Shown here piece by piece: positions 22,328 to 35,868 of a DNA stretch of 64,000 nt. The position numbers and the translations under genes were made by a program. The notes beneath the pieces were generated by a model. That model was given only the letters and a program-made list of their open reading frames with translations, made no database searches and had not been told where the DNA came from. Numbering within the stretch: the first letter of the stretch is position 1; each line of letters opens with the position of its first letter. This DNA is from Cyanophora paradoxa CCMP329 (Eukaryota; Plantae; Glaucophyta), in the NCBI GenBank assembly GCA_004431415.1, contig QPMI01000036.1, forward strand, positions 186,001 through 250,000, read 5' to 3'.

Positions 22328-23588
22328 TCACTTGGTGGCCTTGGCCATCGCGCTGATGACCTGCACGCGGGTCAGGGCGGAGCGCGGCGGGGCTCGGGGC
22401 GGGGCGGCGCGCCTGGGCGCCCTCGAGGAAGGGGACGTTGTTGGCGAGGGCCCACTTGCGGGCGCCCTCGAGGGAGAGGGAGCTGCGGGGCGCTCAGGGC
22501 GGCCGGCAGGGCGGGGCGGGGCGGGGCCGGCGGGGCGCACCAGTCGCCGTCGGGCTCCATCATCTCCGCGCCGACGACGACGGGGAAGACGCCCGCCAGC
22601 CGCGCCACCGCCACCGAGAGCTCCGTGTGGCCCTGGGCCCCGCCTCGCACCGCGCTCAAGGGCTGGTGCGCGGGGGGCGGACCTGGCGCATGCTGACGCC
22701 GCCCTTGGACTCGCGGCAGAGCGGTATGTGGCCCGGGGTGCGGAACTCGGAGCCCAGGAGCCGCGCCGCCTCCTCCGAGTACTGCACCTCCCCCGTCCCC
22801 TGCTGCGCAAGCGCCTGCTGGCTCACCTCCGCGAACCTGGCCCCGCATTTTGTCGGTGAAAAGGAAAGGAAAGAAAGAATCCCGCCCCGGGGCCCCAGAG
22901 CGTGGCCTGGCCCAGTACCGGGGCGCAGCGCCGCGGGCCAGCGCCGGATCCGGAACGCACCGGCGGACTGTCAAGCAGCGGTCGCGATCAGTGATGCCCG
23001 TGAACGTTTCGCGATGATTGAGCGTGAGGCTGAACGCAGACCGCGCGTCGTACTGCGCGCGGGGCGATGAGCAAGCGCCGCTGGAACTCGAGGCGGCGGC
23101 GCTCACGCGAATGTCGTTAGAAACAAGATGCTGCAGCAGAGGGCACTGTTGGACTACGGGAGGTGCCGTGTAGATGTCCTGCGCGGCGGGGGGCGTAAGG
23201 TCGGGCGGATGATGAGCTAGCTTGAACCGACGCGCAGCGCCGATCACCTGCAGGAAGGCGAGGCCGAACATTTCCGACACCTCGTGAGGCACGGCCATGA
23301 AAATGAGCCCGCCGGCGCTCTTCCGCAGCGTCCTGATCTGTGCAGGCTGCAGCGAGATCGCCGGGAAGAGGATATCTGTCTCCTGCTCGCGCCGCTCGCT
23401 ATCGAACAAGCATATGGGCTGCCCGTTGCGGAAGGCCTCCAGAGCTCGCGCGAGGGGGTCCGCGTGCCCGTTCTCGCCCTCGCTGTGCGGGAGGGCTGCG
23501 CACGCGACCGCGCATCAATATCTTATGCGAGCGAGGGAAGCGGGGGGCGCGGAAAGCGACCTCCATTCATTGCCTTGGCGCCTGCCAT
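22328..23588 (-). CDS. ribB: 3,4-dihydroxy-2-butanone 4-phosphate synthase (riboflavin biosynthesis), archaeal-type, stand-alone
   Basis: [91 protein letters not shown] and AEMM. Confidence 0.92.
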
Positions 23589-23953
23589 GTCGCTGCGGGT
23601 GCGTGCGGGCGCTGTGGCTGCGAGGGACGGCTGGCTGCGTCACGGGCTGGGAGCGGTCGGTGCTGTTGCTTTCTCTGCCTGTGATAGCTGCTGCGCTGTT
23701 TGCCGCGGGTTACGCCAGCAATTCGCTGTTTGACGACTTTGACGTCCGCAGGGGGGGTAGTGGAGTACTTGGCCCTGCCGTCGACGAGCTCGCAGCGATC
23801 GGATGCAGCTGGGGTGCACTGAACTATTCTAATATTCAGCGCTTCTTTGCCAGAGTATCACCGCCAGACCCGCTCCCGTTCTGGACATCCGCAGAACGGC
23901 CCTGCCGGCTTAGCTAGGGGCGCGGGCGGGGCGCGGCAAGGTCGCCTGGGCCC

Positions 23954-26900
23954 ATGCCTTTCAACACACTCAAGCCGGCGGCCCTCACGCCGCGAGAAAG
24001 CCGGGCCAGCCATGTTCAGGCGCTCTCACATGCCAGGAGCGAGTCCACGGCGCTGTCGGAGACTGTGTCGGTGCGTGTGCATGTGGGCCAGCTGGGCTAG
24101 CTCCTGATGTGGCCGCCCAGGGCTCTCTTGCGGGCAGCGGGCTGCCCACGGCGGCGCTCTCGGATGCCGGAGAGTCGCTCAGCGCGTCGGCGCTGCTGGG
24201 CCGGGGGCTGCAGCGAAAGAACCTCGTGCCTTCCCAGGCGGAGCGACGGGCGGAGAAGCACCGGAAGGCGAACGCCGGCTTCTGGCAGCTGTGGGAGAAG
24301 CTGAACCCCGGGAGGGCGCCGGCGGCGTCGCAGCGGGACGAGGAGGGCCTCGTGGAGAACGCGGGGTGGCCCTTCGTACGGGCCGACCCGCACGACTTCA
24401 TCGCCGTCCTCGAGGCCGGTGCGCCCGCCCCGGGGCCGGCCGGCCGGCGGGGGACCCCTGCCGAGGGGGCGGCAGACCCGACGGGCCTCAAGTTCTGCTT
24501 CGCGGTGCGCTTCCACGCGGACAAGTTCCGTGCCTCGTGGAACCCCTACGAGCTCCGCCTCGTCACCAAGCAGGAGGCCGAGGGCCAGGCCCGCCCGCCC
24601 CGCCCCGCCTCCGCCCCCGCCCCAGGCGACGGGCGGCGCAGGAGCGGTACTACACGGTGAGCCCCGGCGGCGTCACCGAGGTCTTCCGCGGGGCCGCCCG
24701 TGCGCCCCGCGCCTGTCTTCGGGGCGGCGGGGGCCGGGGGCTGAGGGGCGGGCAGGGGAGCACCTCTCGCGGGCGGCGTGGGAGGCCGAGCGGGCGCTCT
24801 TCGCGGCCCTCGTCGCCCGCCCCGTCTTCCCCGCCGCGCGCCGGATGCGCTTCTTCAAGGCCTGGCGGCACTTCGTGGCGGGGCGCAAGCGGGGGCGGGC
24901 GGCGGCGGCGCTGACGGCCCCCTCGGCGCTGCTCGCGGAGGAGAAGCTGCGGCACCTGCGGCCCCTCCTCGCCCTCTTCGCCGGTCAACCCGCCCGCCCC
25001 CGCCCCCGCCGGCGTCGAGCCCCGCGCAGAGTGCGGGGAGGCGGTGGGGGCGCTGGGGATCGAGGCCCCGCGGCGCGGGGCCGGCGTGGAGGTCCCCGAC
25101 CTCGCCGCCTGGTGCCCGCCCCGCCGCCCCGCCCCCGCGCCCCGCGCCCCACCCACCCCGCCCCGCAGGTCGGAGGAGGCGGCGGCGCAGATCGCAGCGC
25201 ACGGGGCGCGGCTGCAGGGGCTCGCCGCCGGCCTCGCGACGAGCCTCGCGGTGGCCATCCGGCGGCGCATGGAGGAGGCCCACAACAAGCTCCTCGCCGA
25301 CCGCGCCGCCGCCGCCGCCACCGCCGCCGCCCTCGCCGCCGCCTTCCCCCGCGGCCCCGCGCCCTGCCCCTCCAGGTGCCCCCGCCCTGCCGCCCGACCC
25401 CACCGGCACGCCCCGCTCCGCGAGGAAGCCGCCCGTCCCGCCCTCTTCCGCCGCGCCTCCACCGCCACCGGCCCCGCCCCGCCGAGGCCCCGCCGAGCCC
25501 GAGCGCCTCGCCGCCGCCTTCTCCGCCGCCGGTTCGCCGCCCGCCCGCCCCCGGCCCCGCCGCGGCCCCGCCTGACGCCGCGCGGCAGCGGCGGAGGCGC
25601 AGTCGCCGGCGCGGCCGCTGCCGCTGCCGCGCTCGCGCTCCGAGACGCCCCCGCGCCCCGACGCCTTCCTCGAGTTCTCCTCCCCGCAGCGGCCCGGCGC
25701 CGTGCCGCGGCTGCCGATCCCCGTGCCGCCGCGGCAGCCGCCGGGCCCCGGGGCCCGTCGCCGCGGGGGCGCGGGGCGGGGCGCCGCTGGTGGGGGACGG
25801 CCACATCTCCGACTTCCTCAAGGGCAAGGGGCCCGCGACCGCCGCTCCGACCACCTCCTCTCCCCGCGCCGGCCCCGCCCGGCCCCCGGCCCCCGGCCCG
25901 AGCCCGCGCACCCTCCGCTCCCTGGGCGCCCTCGACCTCTCCTCGGGGCCCCGCCTCGCCGCCCTCGCGCCCCTGCCCTCCGCCGCCCCGGCCCCGCCCC
26001 CCGCGCCGTTGGAGGAGGGGCTGGCGGCGCGGAGCCTGCACGCCGAGGTCGCCCTCGCCCGCGCCGTCTGCGCCGACTCCCTCTCCTGTCCGCCCCGCCC
26101 GTCCCGCCAGCCCGATTTTGCAGGCCAAGGCTGACGGGGGCCCGCGGTGCAGTCGTGAAGCGGGGCCACCTGGCGCTGGCGGACGCGCTGCTGCGCCTCG
26201 CCCCGCGCCTTCTCGCCGACCTCGCCGCCCCCTCGCCCGCCCCGCCGTCCGCGCCCCGCCCCGCCCCGCCGGCGTCCTGCTGCCCGCGCTGAGCGCTCCG
26301 CCGCAGGTCGACCCCGAGCTCGAGGCGGAGGAGCCGCCGGCGGAGGAGGCCCCGCCAGCCGCAGCGGAGGAGGCGGAGGCTCCGAACGACGAGGCGGCCG
26401 CCCCGGCCTCCAAGAAGAAGGCGCGCCCCGCCCCTCCCCACCCCGTCCCGTCCCGCCCCGCCGCGTGCGAGCGGGGCGGGGCGGGCAGCCGGCGACGCGG
26501 CGCGTGGGGCGGGCCTTCATCGTCGAGCGGGCCCCGTCGCGCGCCTCGGACGCCGACGCCGACGCCGACGCGGGGCCCGAGGGCGAGGCCGCCCCTGCGG
26601 CCCCGAGCCCGACCCGGAGCCCACCGCCGAGGAGGCTCCGCCGCCGGCACCCGCACAGCAGCTACGGCCGCCGTCCGGGGAGCCGCCGGCGGCAGCAGGC
26701 GACGGGGCCCGACGAGCGGAGGCGGTGAAGCTGTGGGGAGGGCGGGGCCGCGGAGGCGGGCGCGGAGGCGGGCGCGGAGGGCGGGGAGGGGCCCGGCGAG
26801 GGCGGCGAGGAGGAGGAGAACGAGTTTCTGGAGCCGCCGCCGCCGCGGCGCTCTTCACCGTGGCCGCCGAGTGGGACGCGGGGCGGGGCGAGCTGCGCCT

Positions 26901-27782
26901 CGCCCCCGACGCGGCGGCCGTCGCCCGCCGCCTCGACTCCCTCGCCGCCGCGCGCACCGCCCGCCCGCCCCGCCGGCCCCCGCCTGACGCGGGGGCAGGA
27001 CGTGGTGCGGGCCATCGCCGCCGTCACCACCCCCGTCGCCCACGTCCGCCCCGCCCCGCCACGCCCCGCCGCCTCCGCCCATCAAAGCCCCGCGCAGGAG
27101 GCGCTGGCGGCCTTCTACCGGCTGGCGGCGCACGAGGAGCGGGAGGAGCTGCCGCCCTTCGAGTACATCCTCGCCCCCGACTTCGCCCCGGAGACCGACC
27201 GCGGCAGCGCCGAGGAGCGCCGCCGCGCCGCCCACCGCCGCGCCGCCGCCGCCGCCGCCGCCGCCGGCCCCCGCCCCACAGCGCCGACGCCCTCCACGCC
27301 CTCCTGGCCCCGGTGCCTTTGGCGGGCCCGCCCGGCGCCCCCTCCGTCGGCTTGGACTCATACGGCGGGCAGGGCGGGAGGCGCTGCGGGCGGCGGCGGC
27401 GGCGCGGCTCGCGGAGGCGCAGGCGGTGGCGGAGCGGCGGCTGGCACCCTTCCTGCCGCTGCTGCGCGGGGAGGCGGCGGGGCCGGAGGCCGGCGCGGGG
27501 GCGGAGCGGGTGCCCGAGCGGCTCGACCTGGGTCCCCTCGAGCTCGACCTCCGCCCCGCCAAGGACGCGTGCGCCCCTCCCGCCCGCCTCTCCCAGCGCT
27601 CTTTTATGGCCCGCCTCACGCGCGCCCCGGCCTCGCGCAGGATCTTCGCCCGGCTGGGGGGGCCCACCCTCGCCCCGCGCTCCACCTCCGCCCTCGCCGA
27701 GGCCGCCAGCCCCGCCCGTCCCGCCTCCCGCCCCGCCTCCGCGACCCCACACGAGGGCCCGCTCGCCGTCTCCGCCCGATAA
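23954..27782 (+). CDS. Protein resembling the N-terminal stem of inner-arm dynein heavy chains (DNAH6/14-like), without motor domain
   Basis: WNPYELRLV…YYTVSPGGVT…LSRAAWEAERALF…PVF…RFFKAWRHFV…K, later LFTVAAEW…LRLAP. No AAA motifs before the stop near 27782. Confidence 0.65.
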
Positions 27783-28753
27783 AGGCCGCAAATACAACGC
27801 CGCCCTTCCTCGAAGAGCTCGAAGAGGTCGTGCCTTCAGCAACCATGAAGCCGCTTAGCAATTGCAAGGCATTTCCACCGGAGCAATGGGGGGCCAGTAT
27901 TCACTTCCCCTGTCCCTCTTTTTCGGGCCCGACCCTTCCCCCAATTGCAATCCCGGCCCGTTTTTGTGGCCTGCAGCCTGTAGCTGGGCCGCCGGGCACC
28001 CGGTGACCAACACCTAGCCTATAGCTACTGGCCCACTGGCCCGGCGGCCCGCGGCCAGGACACAAAAATCGTTGAACGGCCCGGCGGGTCCGACGGTCCA
28101 GAATCTGATCCCGGAGTCCGATGTTCTGAGACCAATTCGAGGTTATCATGGCATTGCCGGCGCCCCCCGGGCCCGGGGCCGGTGCCCCGGGCCCCGCCGG
28201 GCCCGCATCACCGTTGCCAACTTGGCAACTTGCCAATTTGGCAAGTTGCCATGATGCAGTGCCACGGTGCTTTGCCAAGTTGCTTTCAAACTCTTCATGA
28301 TGCCATTATAGGCAAATACCGTACTCGGTAGCACGGTAGTACACTGTGACACTATTCATGATTGCAATTGTACAGTGACAAAGCCGCCTTCCGAGTACAA
28401 GGCTTCACCCAGTTGTGCAAAGAGCGTCGGAGCCTGGGAGCTCGAAGATGCCCGGCCCTCGGGGCCTGATCATGAGGCCGAGCTAAACGAGGCATGATTG
28501 GCCGACTGTACTCGAGTTCGCCCACTGGGGCCACGGCCCGGCGCCCGCGCAGCATTCAAGCCGTTCAGTTTAGCAAGCTATTTCCACCGGAACAAACGGG
28601 GGCCGGCGCCAATCCAAATAAATGCGGCCAGCACCAAGCTGTAAGCTTAATTATAAGCTTGGACACCAAAAACGCGAAGGGGAAGGGGATGGTGGGGGGG
28701 AGGACAAGGTGAAGAAGCTTGGGAAGGGGCCGGTGTGCGAGGCGGCGCTGGCG

Positions 28754-30884
28754 TCAGTGTTTCCAGCTGCGCGTCGTGAGCTTTGGGGCGGCGGGGGCGG
28801 CGGGGCGGGCGGGCGGACATCTTGACGAGGCGGTCCTTGCTGCCCGAGGCGACGCGCTCCCCGTCCGGGCTCCAGTCCACCGCGTACACCTGGAGGCGGC
28901 GTCAGCAGGGGCGGGGGGAAGGGGCGAGGCGGGGCGGGCCTCGTCGGCGTGGCCGGGGAGGTCGAGCTTGGGCTTCTTGGTGCGCGGGTCCCAGACCTTC
29001 ATCGTGCTGTCCTTGCTCGCGCTCACCAGCAGCCGGCTGTCCGCCGACCACGCCACCTGGTACACGTGCCCCACGTGCGCCCGCAGGTTCCCCAGGAACC
29101 TGCCCCCGGTTCAGCGGGGGCGTCGAGGCGAGAGAAGGCGAGAAGAAGAGGGGCGGACCTGCCGGTGGCGGCCTCCCAGAGCTTGACGGACTTGTCGAAG
29201 GAGGCGGTGGCGAGGGTGCGCCCGTCAGGGCTGAACACCACGTGGTTCACCAGCGCCTGGTGCCCCGTCAGCCGCGCGATCGCCTTCTTCCCCGCCGCCG
29301 GCTGCCCCCCGCGACGCCGTCAGCCGCGCGAAGAAGGACGGGCGGGCGGGCGGGGGGAAGCGGGGCGGGGTGGGCGGGCGTGCCTCCCAGAGGATGATGG
29401 TGAAGTCGTCGGAGCCCGTGGCGAGGCGCTCGGGGTGCGGGCCCCGCGCCGCCTCGTACCGCTGCTTCGCCTTGGCCGCCGCCGCCTCCGCCTCCTCGGG
29501 CGCCGCCTCCCCGTGCTCGAACGCCCCCGTCCGCAGCGCGTACTCCGTGCTGCGCGGCGCGGCGTCACGCCGGCGCGGCGAAGCCCAGGCCGAGCAAGGC
29601 GCGCCTGAGGGCCATGGTGTTGACCCAGTGGGCGTGGCCCTCCAGCGTCCGCACCAGCTTCCCCTGCCCCACCGTAAGATGCATGCGGGGCGTGCCGGGC
29701 GTGCGTGGCGGGGCGGGGCGCGCGGGGCGTGCGGGGCGGGGCGGGGCGGGGCGGGCGCACGTCGGCGGGGCTCCAGACCTTGACGGTGCGGTCGTGGGAG
29801 GCGGTGTAGAGGAGGCCCTCGCCGCCCCACTTCACGCACGAGACGGCCGCCGTGTGGCCCCCGAGCACCAGCAGGCAGCGCTGCGTCGGCACGTCCCACA
29901 CCCGCACCGTCCCGTCCTTGGACGAGCTCGCCAGCCGCGTGCACCCCGAGTTACTGCGGGGGGATGAGGGGGGGCGAGGGGCGGGCAGCTGGGGCGGGGG
30001 TACGCCGCACAGGTGGAGGGGCTCCCAGGCGATGCTGGTGATCCACTTCTGGTGGCCCTTGAGGGGCTTCCCGAGCTGCTTCCCCTCCTTCGGCTCCCAC
30101 ACGCGCACGTCCCCCTCCATGCCCCCCGACGCCAGCCGCCGCCCATCCGGCGACCACGAGACGCACAGGATCCAGCTCGTGTGCCCTGCCCCGCCTCTCG
30201 GCCAGCGCCCCGGGGCGGGGCGGGGCGGGGCGGACCCTCGAGGGTGTGCTCGGCGGTCTCGGTGTCGATGTCCCAGATGCGGACGGTCTTGTCCCCAGAG
30301 CCGCTCGCCAGGCTGCTCCCGTCCGGGCTGAACGCCACGTGCAGCACCGCCTCCGCGTGCCCTGCGCCCCCGCGCCCCTCAGCGCCCGATCCGGCGCGGC
30401 GCGGCGGGGCGGGGCGAGGCGGGAGCGGGGGCACCGGCCATGCTGCCGGTGCAGCGGGTGACGGGCCGCACGCGGAAGACGGCCTGCGGCTGGTAGAGGA
30501 TGGGGAGGACCTGCTCCCCCGAGACCGCCTCCTTCTGCGCCCGCAGCGCCCCCCGCAGGTCCTCCACCACCTCCTCACCCTTCACGAAGAACGCGTACGG
30601 CAGCTTCTCATCCTGTGCGCCCCGCCGTCCGCGATCGAGCCCGGTCAGCGCGAGCGCTCGGGGCCGGCGACCTGCGCGCGACGGGAGGCGCGCACGTTCT
30701 GCAGGAGCTGGTTCACGAGGGTAACGAGCTGATCGGGCGTGATGTCTAGCGAGACCTCGAGCTGCGGGCCGGTCGCCTCGCCGCTCTCGCTCGTGAGCTG
30801 GGCAATCAGCGTCTTCCTGCCCGCGAACGGGTCCGGCTCCTCCTGCGGCTGCCCGCGCTTCCTCTTCACAGCCGGGGACGACAT
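28754..30884 (-). CDS. NLE1: Notchless/Rsa4 WD40 ribosome-assembly protein
   Basis: NLE domain ([14 protein letters not shown]…[12 protein letters not shown]…LPYAFF), [17 protein letters not shown] repeats, and end [27 protein letters not shown]…WKH*. Confidence 0.96.
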
Positions 30885-31067
30885 CGCGCTGCTGCGGGGC
30901 TGGCGCTGGCCGATGAGGGAACGTACGCTCGCGAACTCTGCGGGGTGCTGCGGGCGTTGGGGGCGCGGCGGGCAGCGCTATTTGTTCGCGCCGATCGCTC
31001 TCGATCGATATTCCAGCCCTCTTGCACGGCGCTCGACGACAGCCTCTACCCCCCCAGCTAGCGCTCG

Positions 31068-34000
31068 ATGGCGGAAGGCGAAGGCGCCGGCGACGAGAGC
31101 ACGACTGTGTTTATTCGCGGTCTAGCCCACCAAGCCGACAACAAGATGAGCCCGCCCGCGCCGCTAACTCCGGCCACGCGCATGCTAACGAATCCGGGCC
31201 CCGCGCCGTCGCTCGCGCGCGTACGATGTGGAGGAGTTCTTCTCCGCCATCGGTGCGTCCTTTCTGGCCGGTTGACTGGCCCGGGCGGGCCCCGCCGACC
31301 TCGCGATCAGGGCCCGTCAAGAAGGCGTTCGCGGTGAAGGAGCGGGACGGGACGAGCCGCGGCTTCGGATATGTCGAATTGTGCGCGCGCATCACGATCG
31401 CGGTGGCCGATCCCGCGCGGGGCGGCTGCAGCTAACGGGGGCGGGCCGGCAGCGCGCTGCCGGAGGACGCGAAGGAGGCCATCGCGAAGCTGAACGGGAA
31501 GCAGATCAAGGGCCGCCGCGTCCAGCTCGACCTAGCCCGCAAGCGGCAGCAATCCCGCGCAGAGCGCCGCAAGCACCAGGACAGCGGGGAGCCCAAGCGG
31601 GGGCGCCCCGCCCCGCAGCGGCCGGCGCCGGCACCCGCGCAGCCCGCAGCGCCTGCGCCCGAGGCGGCGGCGGAGCCCGAGCAGAAGCCGGCGGAGAAGG
31701 GGAAGGCCCAGGGGAAGCAGCGGGCGGAGAAGGCGGGGGCCGGCGCGGCCGACGGGGCCCAGGCAGGGGCGAAGGCGGAGGTCAAGCGCGCGGCGGGGGC
31801 CGCCGCGGAGGCCGCCAAGCCGAAGAAGGCGGCGGCGGCGCCTCCCGCGCATGAGGCGGCTGCGGCAGAGGCGAGCAAGCCGAAGAAGCCGGCGCCGGAG
31901 GCGGAGGCGGCGCCGGCGGCGAGCGCGGCAGCGAAGCCGGCCAAGGGGAAGAAGGCCGGGGCCGGGGAGGCGGCGGCGCCGCCGGCGGGAGCGGCGGCGG
32001 CGGCGGCTGGGCGGGGGAAGAAGCGGGAGCGGGAGGCGGCTGGGGAGGAGGGCGCCGGCGAGGCGGCCCCGCGCCGGCGCCCGAGCGGCCCGAGCCGGCG
32101 GCGTCGGCCAGCGGCAGCGTGCGTGCGGCTGGGCGGCGCCGGGGCGGGCTCGGGGCGCGCGGCGGCTGACGCGGGCGGGGCCAGGACGGGGAGGGGAAGC
32201 CGGGGCACAGCACGAAGCGGAACCGGCTGATCGTCCGCAACCTGCCCTTCAAGGCGCGCCGGGCGGGGCGGGGCCGTGGTGGGCGGGCGGGCGCGGGGCG
32301 ACGAAAGCCGACGCGGGGGCGCTGCGCAGGCGGACGAGAAGAAGCTGCGGAAGGCGGTGGAGGGGATGGGGGAGCTGGTGGACGTGCAGGTGGCGAAGAC
32401 GGCGGCGGGGCACGCCCGCGGCTTCGGCTTCCTCGAGTTCAAGCGCCGCGGCGACGCCCTCAAGGCCATCGCCAAGCTCAACGGCTCCGAGCTCCTCGGC
32501 CGCACCGTCGCCGTCGACTTCGCCGTCGCCAAGAGCAAGTACTCCGCACCCGCACCCCCCGCCCCGGCCGGCCCCGCCGCCGGGGCCAAGGCCGCCGCCT
32601 CCGGCGAGGCGAGCGACGAGGAGGAGGAGGAGGAGGAGAAGGACGAGGAGGGGGCCAGCGATGGCGAGGAGGAGGACGAGGACGACGACGAGGAGGCGAG
32701 CGAGGGCGAGGAGGACGAGGAGGACGAGGAGGAGAAGCGCGCGAAGGAGGAGGCGGAGAAGCGCAAGGCCGAGCGTGCGCACGCGCCGGGGGCGGCAGGC
32801 CCGCTCGCCCGAGCGCGCGCGCGCAAACCGCGGGCGGGGGCGCAGGGGCGGCACGGCCGCGGTACGAGCTCTTCATCCGGAACCTCCCCTTCGAGTGCAG
32901 CGAGTCCGAGCTCCGCGCCAAGTTCGAGACCTACGGCAAGGCGTGTGCTGGCGGGGCGGGCGGGGCGGGCTGGCGGGGCGTCGGGGCCGGTGGCGTGACG
33001 GCGGGGCGGGGGGCGCAGGTGCGGTTCTGCGTGATCTGCAAGGAGGCGGCGACGGGCCGCTCGCGGGGCACCGCCTTCGTCGAGTTCTGGGCCAAGGAGG
33101 ACGCCGAGCGCGCCCTCGCCGCCGCCCAGGGGTCCGCCCCCGCCCCGCCCCGCCCCGCCCCGCCCCGCCGCTGGCTCAACGCAGCGCAGGGCGGGGCACG
33201 CGGACGCCGAGGCGGAGCGGAAGGCGAAGAAGCGGCGGGCGGCGGTGGCGGCGGCGCTGGCGGGGGGCATCTCCGTGGGCGGCCGCACGCTGAACGTGGC
33301 GTGGGCGGTGAACCGGGAGACGGCGGCCAAGCTCCTCACGGAGGGCGAGCAGCGGCGCGAGGCCGAGAAGGCCGACAAGCGCAACCTTTACCTCGCCAAG
33401 GAGGGCGGTCCGCCCCGCCCCGCCCCCGCCGCCCCGGCCCCCGCCCCCGCTGCCCTCGCCTTGGCCCCGACCGACCGGCGCCGGCGCAGCGATCCCCGTG
33501 GACTCGCCCGCTGCGGCCGGCCTCACGGAGCGCGACAAGCGGATGCGCGCCGTGCGCCGCCCCGCGCAGGCGCCCCGGGGCGTCCTGGGGCCTCACGCGG
33601 GGGCGGGCAGGCGGCGGAGGCGGAGAAGAAGGCGAAGCTGAAGGACCCGAACTTCTTCGTGTCGCGCACGCGCCTCGCCGTGCGGAACCTGCCGCTCGAC
33701 GCCGACGAGGCGAGCCTGCGCAAGCTCTTCCGGGAGGCGGCCCAGCGGCACGCGCCGCGCTCGGGGGCCCCCGCCGTCAAGCAGGTCAAGGTCGTCCGCG
33801 ACGCCGAGCGCCTCGACGCCTCCGGCCGCGGCCGCTCCAAGGGCCCGCCCCCGCCCCCGGCCCCGCCCCCGGCCCGCCTGGGAGCCGACTGAGGCGGCGC
33901 AGGGTTCGCCTTCGTGGAGTTCGAGGAGCACGAGGCCGCCCTCGCCGCCCTCCGCGAGGCCCGCCCCGCCCGCCCCGCCCGCCCGCTTCGCCCCGCCGAG

Positions 34001-34656
34001 AGGCGCGCAGCTGAACAACAACCCGGAGCCGTTCGGGGCGAGCAAGCGGCCCATCGTCGAGTTCGCCGTCGAGAGCCGCGCCGCCCTCGAGAAGCTCCAG
34101 GCCGCCCCGCGCCGCCCCGCGCCGCCCGCCCCGCCCCGCCCCGCCCCGCCCCGCTCGGCCGGGTGCTTGCGCTGACGCCGACTCAGCGCGCGATGGCCCG
34201 AGGGCGCAAGCCGACCGACGAGGCCCCCGGCAAGGCGCGCCGCCCTCCCCCCCCGACGCCTCCCCGCGCCGCACCTTCTGAGGCGCCCCGCAGGAGCAGC
34301 GCGGGCCCGGCAAGTGGAAGGGCGCGGAGGAGGGCGGGCGGGGCCGAAATTCCAAGCAGGGCCCCGGAGCACAGCAGCAGCAGCCGCAGCAGCCGCAGCA
34401 GGGGAGGAAAGGGGTGCCCGTGCGGCAAAAGGGCCCAACCGGCAAGCAGCAGGACTCCGCTACAGCTCCCAGCCCGGCCGCGGTGGGCGGCCGCAAGCAA
34501 GGCGAGGGGAGGCCAGCGCAGGGCGCGCAGCAGCAAGGGCGGCAGCAGGCGGGCAAGCCCCAGCAGGCGGGAAAGGGCCAGCAGGCGGGCAGGGCGCAGC
34601 AGGCGGACAAGGCGCAGAGGGGCCAGCAGGGCCAGCAGGGCCAGCAGCAGCAGCGG

Positions 34657-34697
<41 letters not shown>

Positions 34698-34896
34698 GGG
34701 CAAGGCGGCGGAGCCGCGGCAGCAGAAGCGGCGGGCGGGGGAGGTCTCGGCGGAGGACGCGGCGCTGCTGGCGGCGGGGGACACGGGCAAGCCCGACAAG
34801 AAGCGGCGCCGCAACCAGAAGGAGGCCCGCGAGGAGCGCGACTTCGACCGCATGGTCGCAGAGTACAAGAAAAAGGCCTTCGGCGCCGCCCTCTAG
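31068..34896 (+). CDS. RBM28: Nucleolar multi-RRM protein Nop4/RBM28
   Basis: Four RRMs (SRGFGYVEF, RLIVRNLPF…RGFGFLEF, SRGTAFVEF, SKGFAFVEF), DKRNLYLAKEG, KLKDPNFFVSRTRLAVRNLP, acidic linker. Confidence 0.93.
34640..34696 (+). repeat. (CAG)n poly-Gln tract in the RBM28 C-terminus
   Basis: Direct CAG run. Confidence 0.9.
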
Positions 34897-35066
34897 CGCC
34901 CCGCCCCGGCCCTGCGACCCTCTCCCGAATGGAAACAGACCTGGCCTCGCCGCTCTCTTGCCGTGCAGCGCATCCGCGCAGAGAGTGGAGGGGTAGCAGC
35001 GGGCGCTGAGCGATAAGGAAGAGGGGCGGCCCAAAAGAAACCAGAAGGTTGAATTCGGACACAACG

Positions 35067-35868
<802 letters not shown>

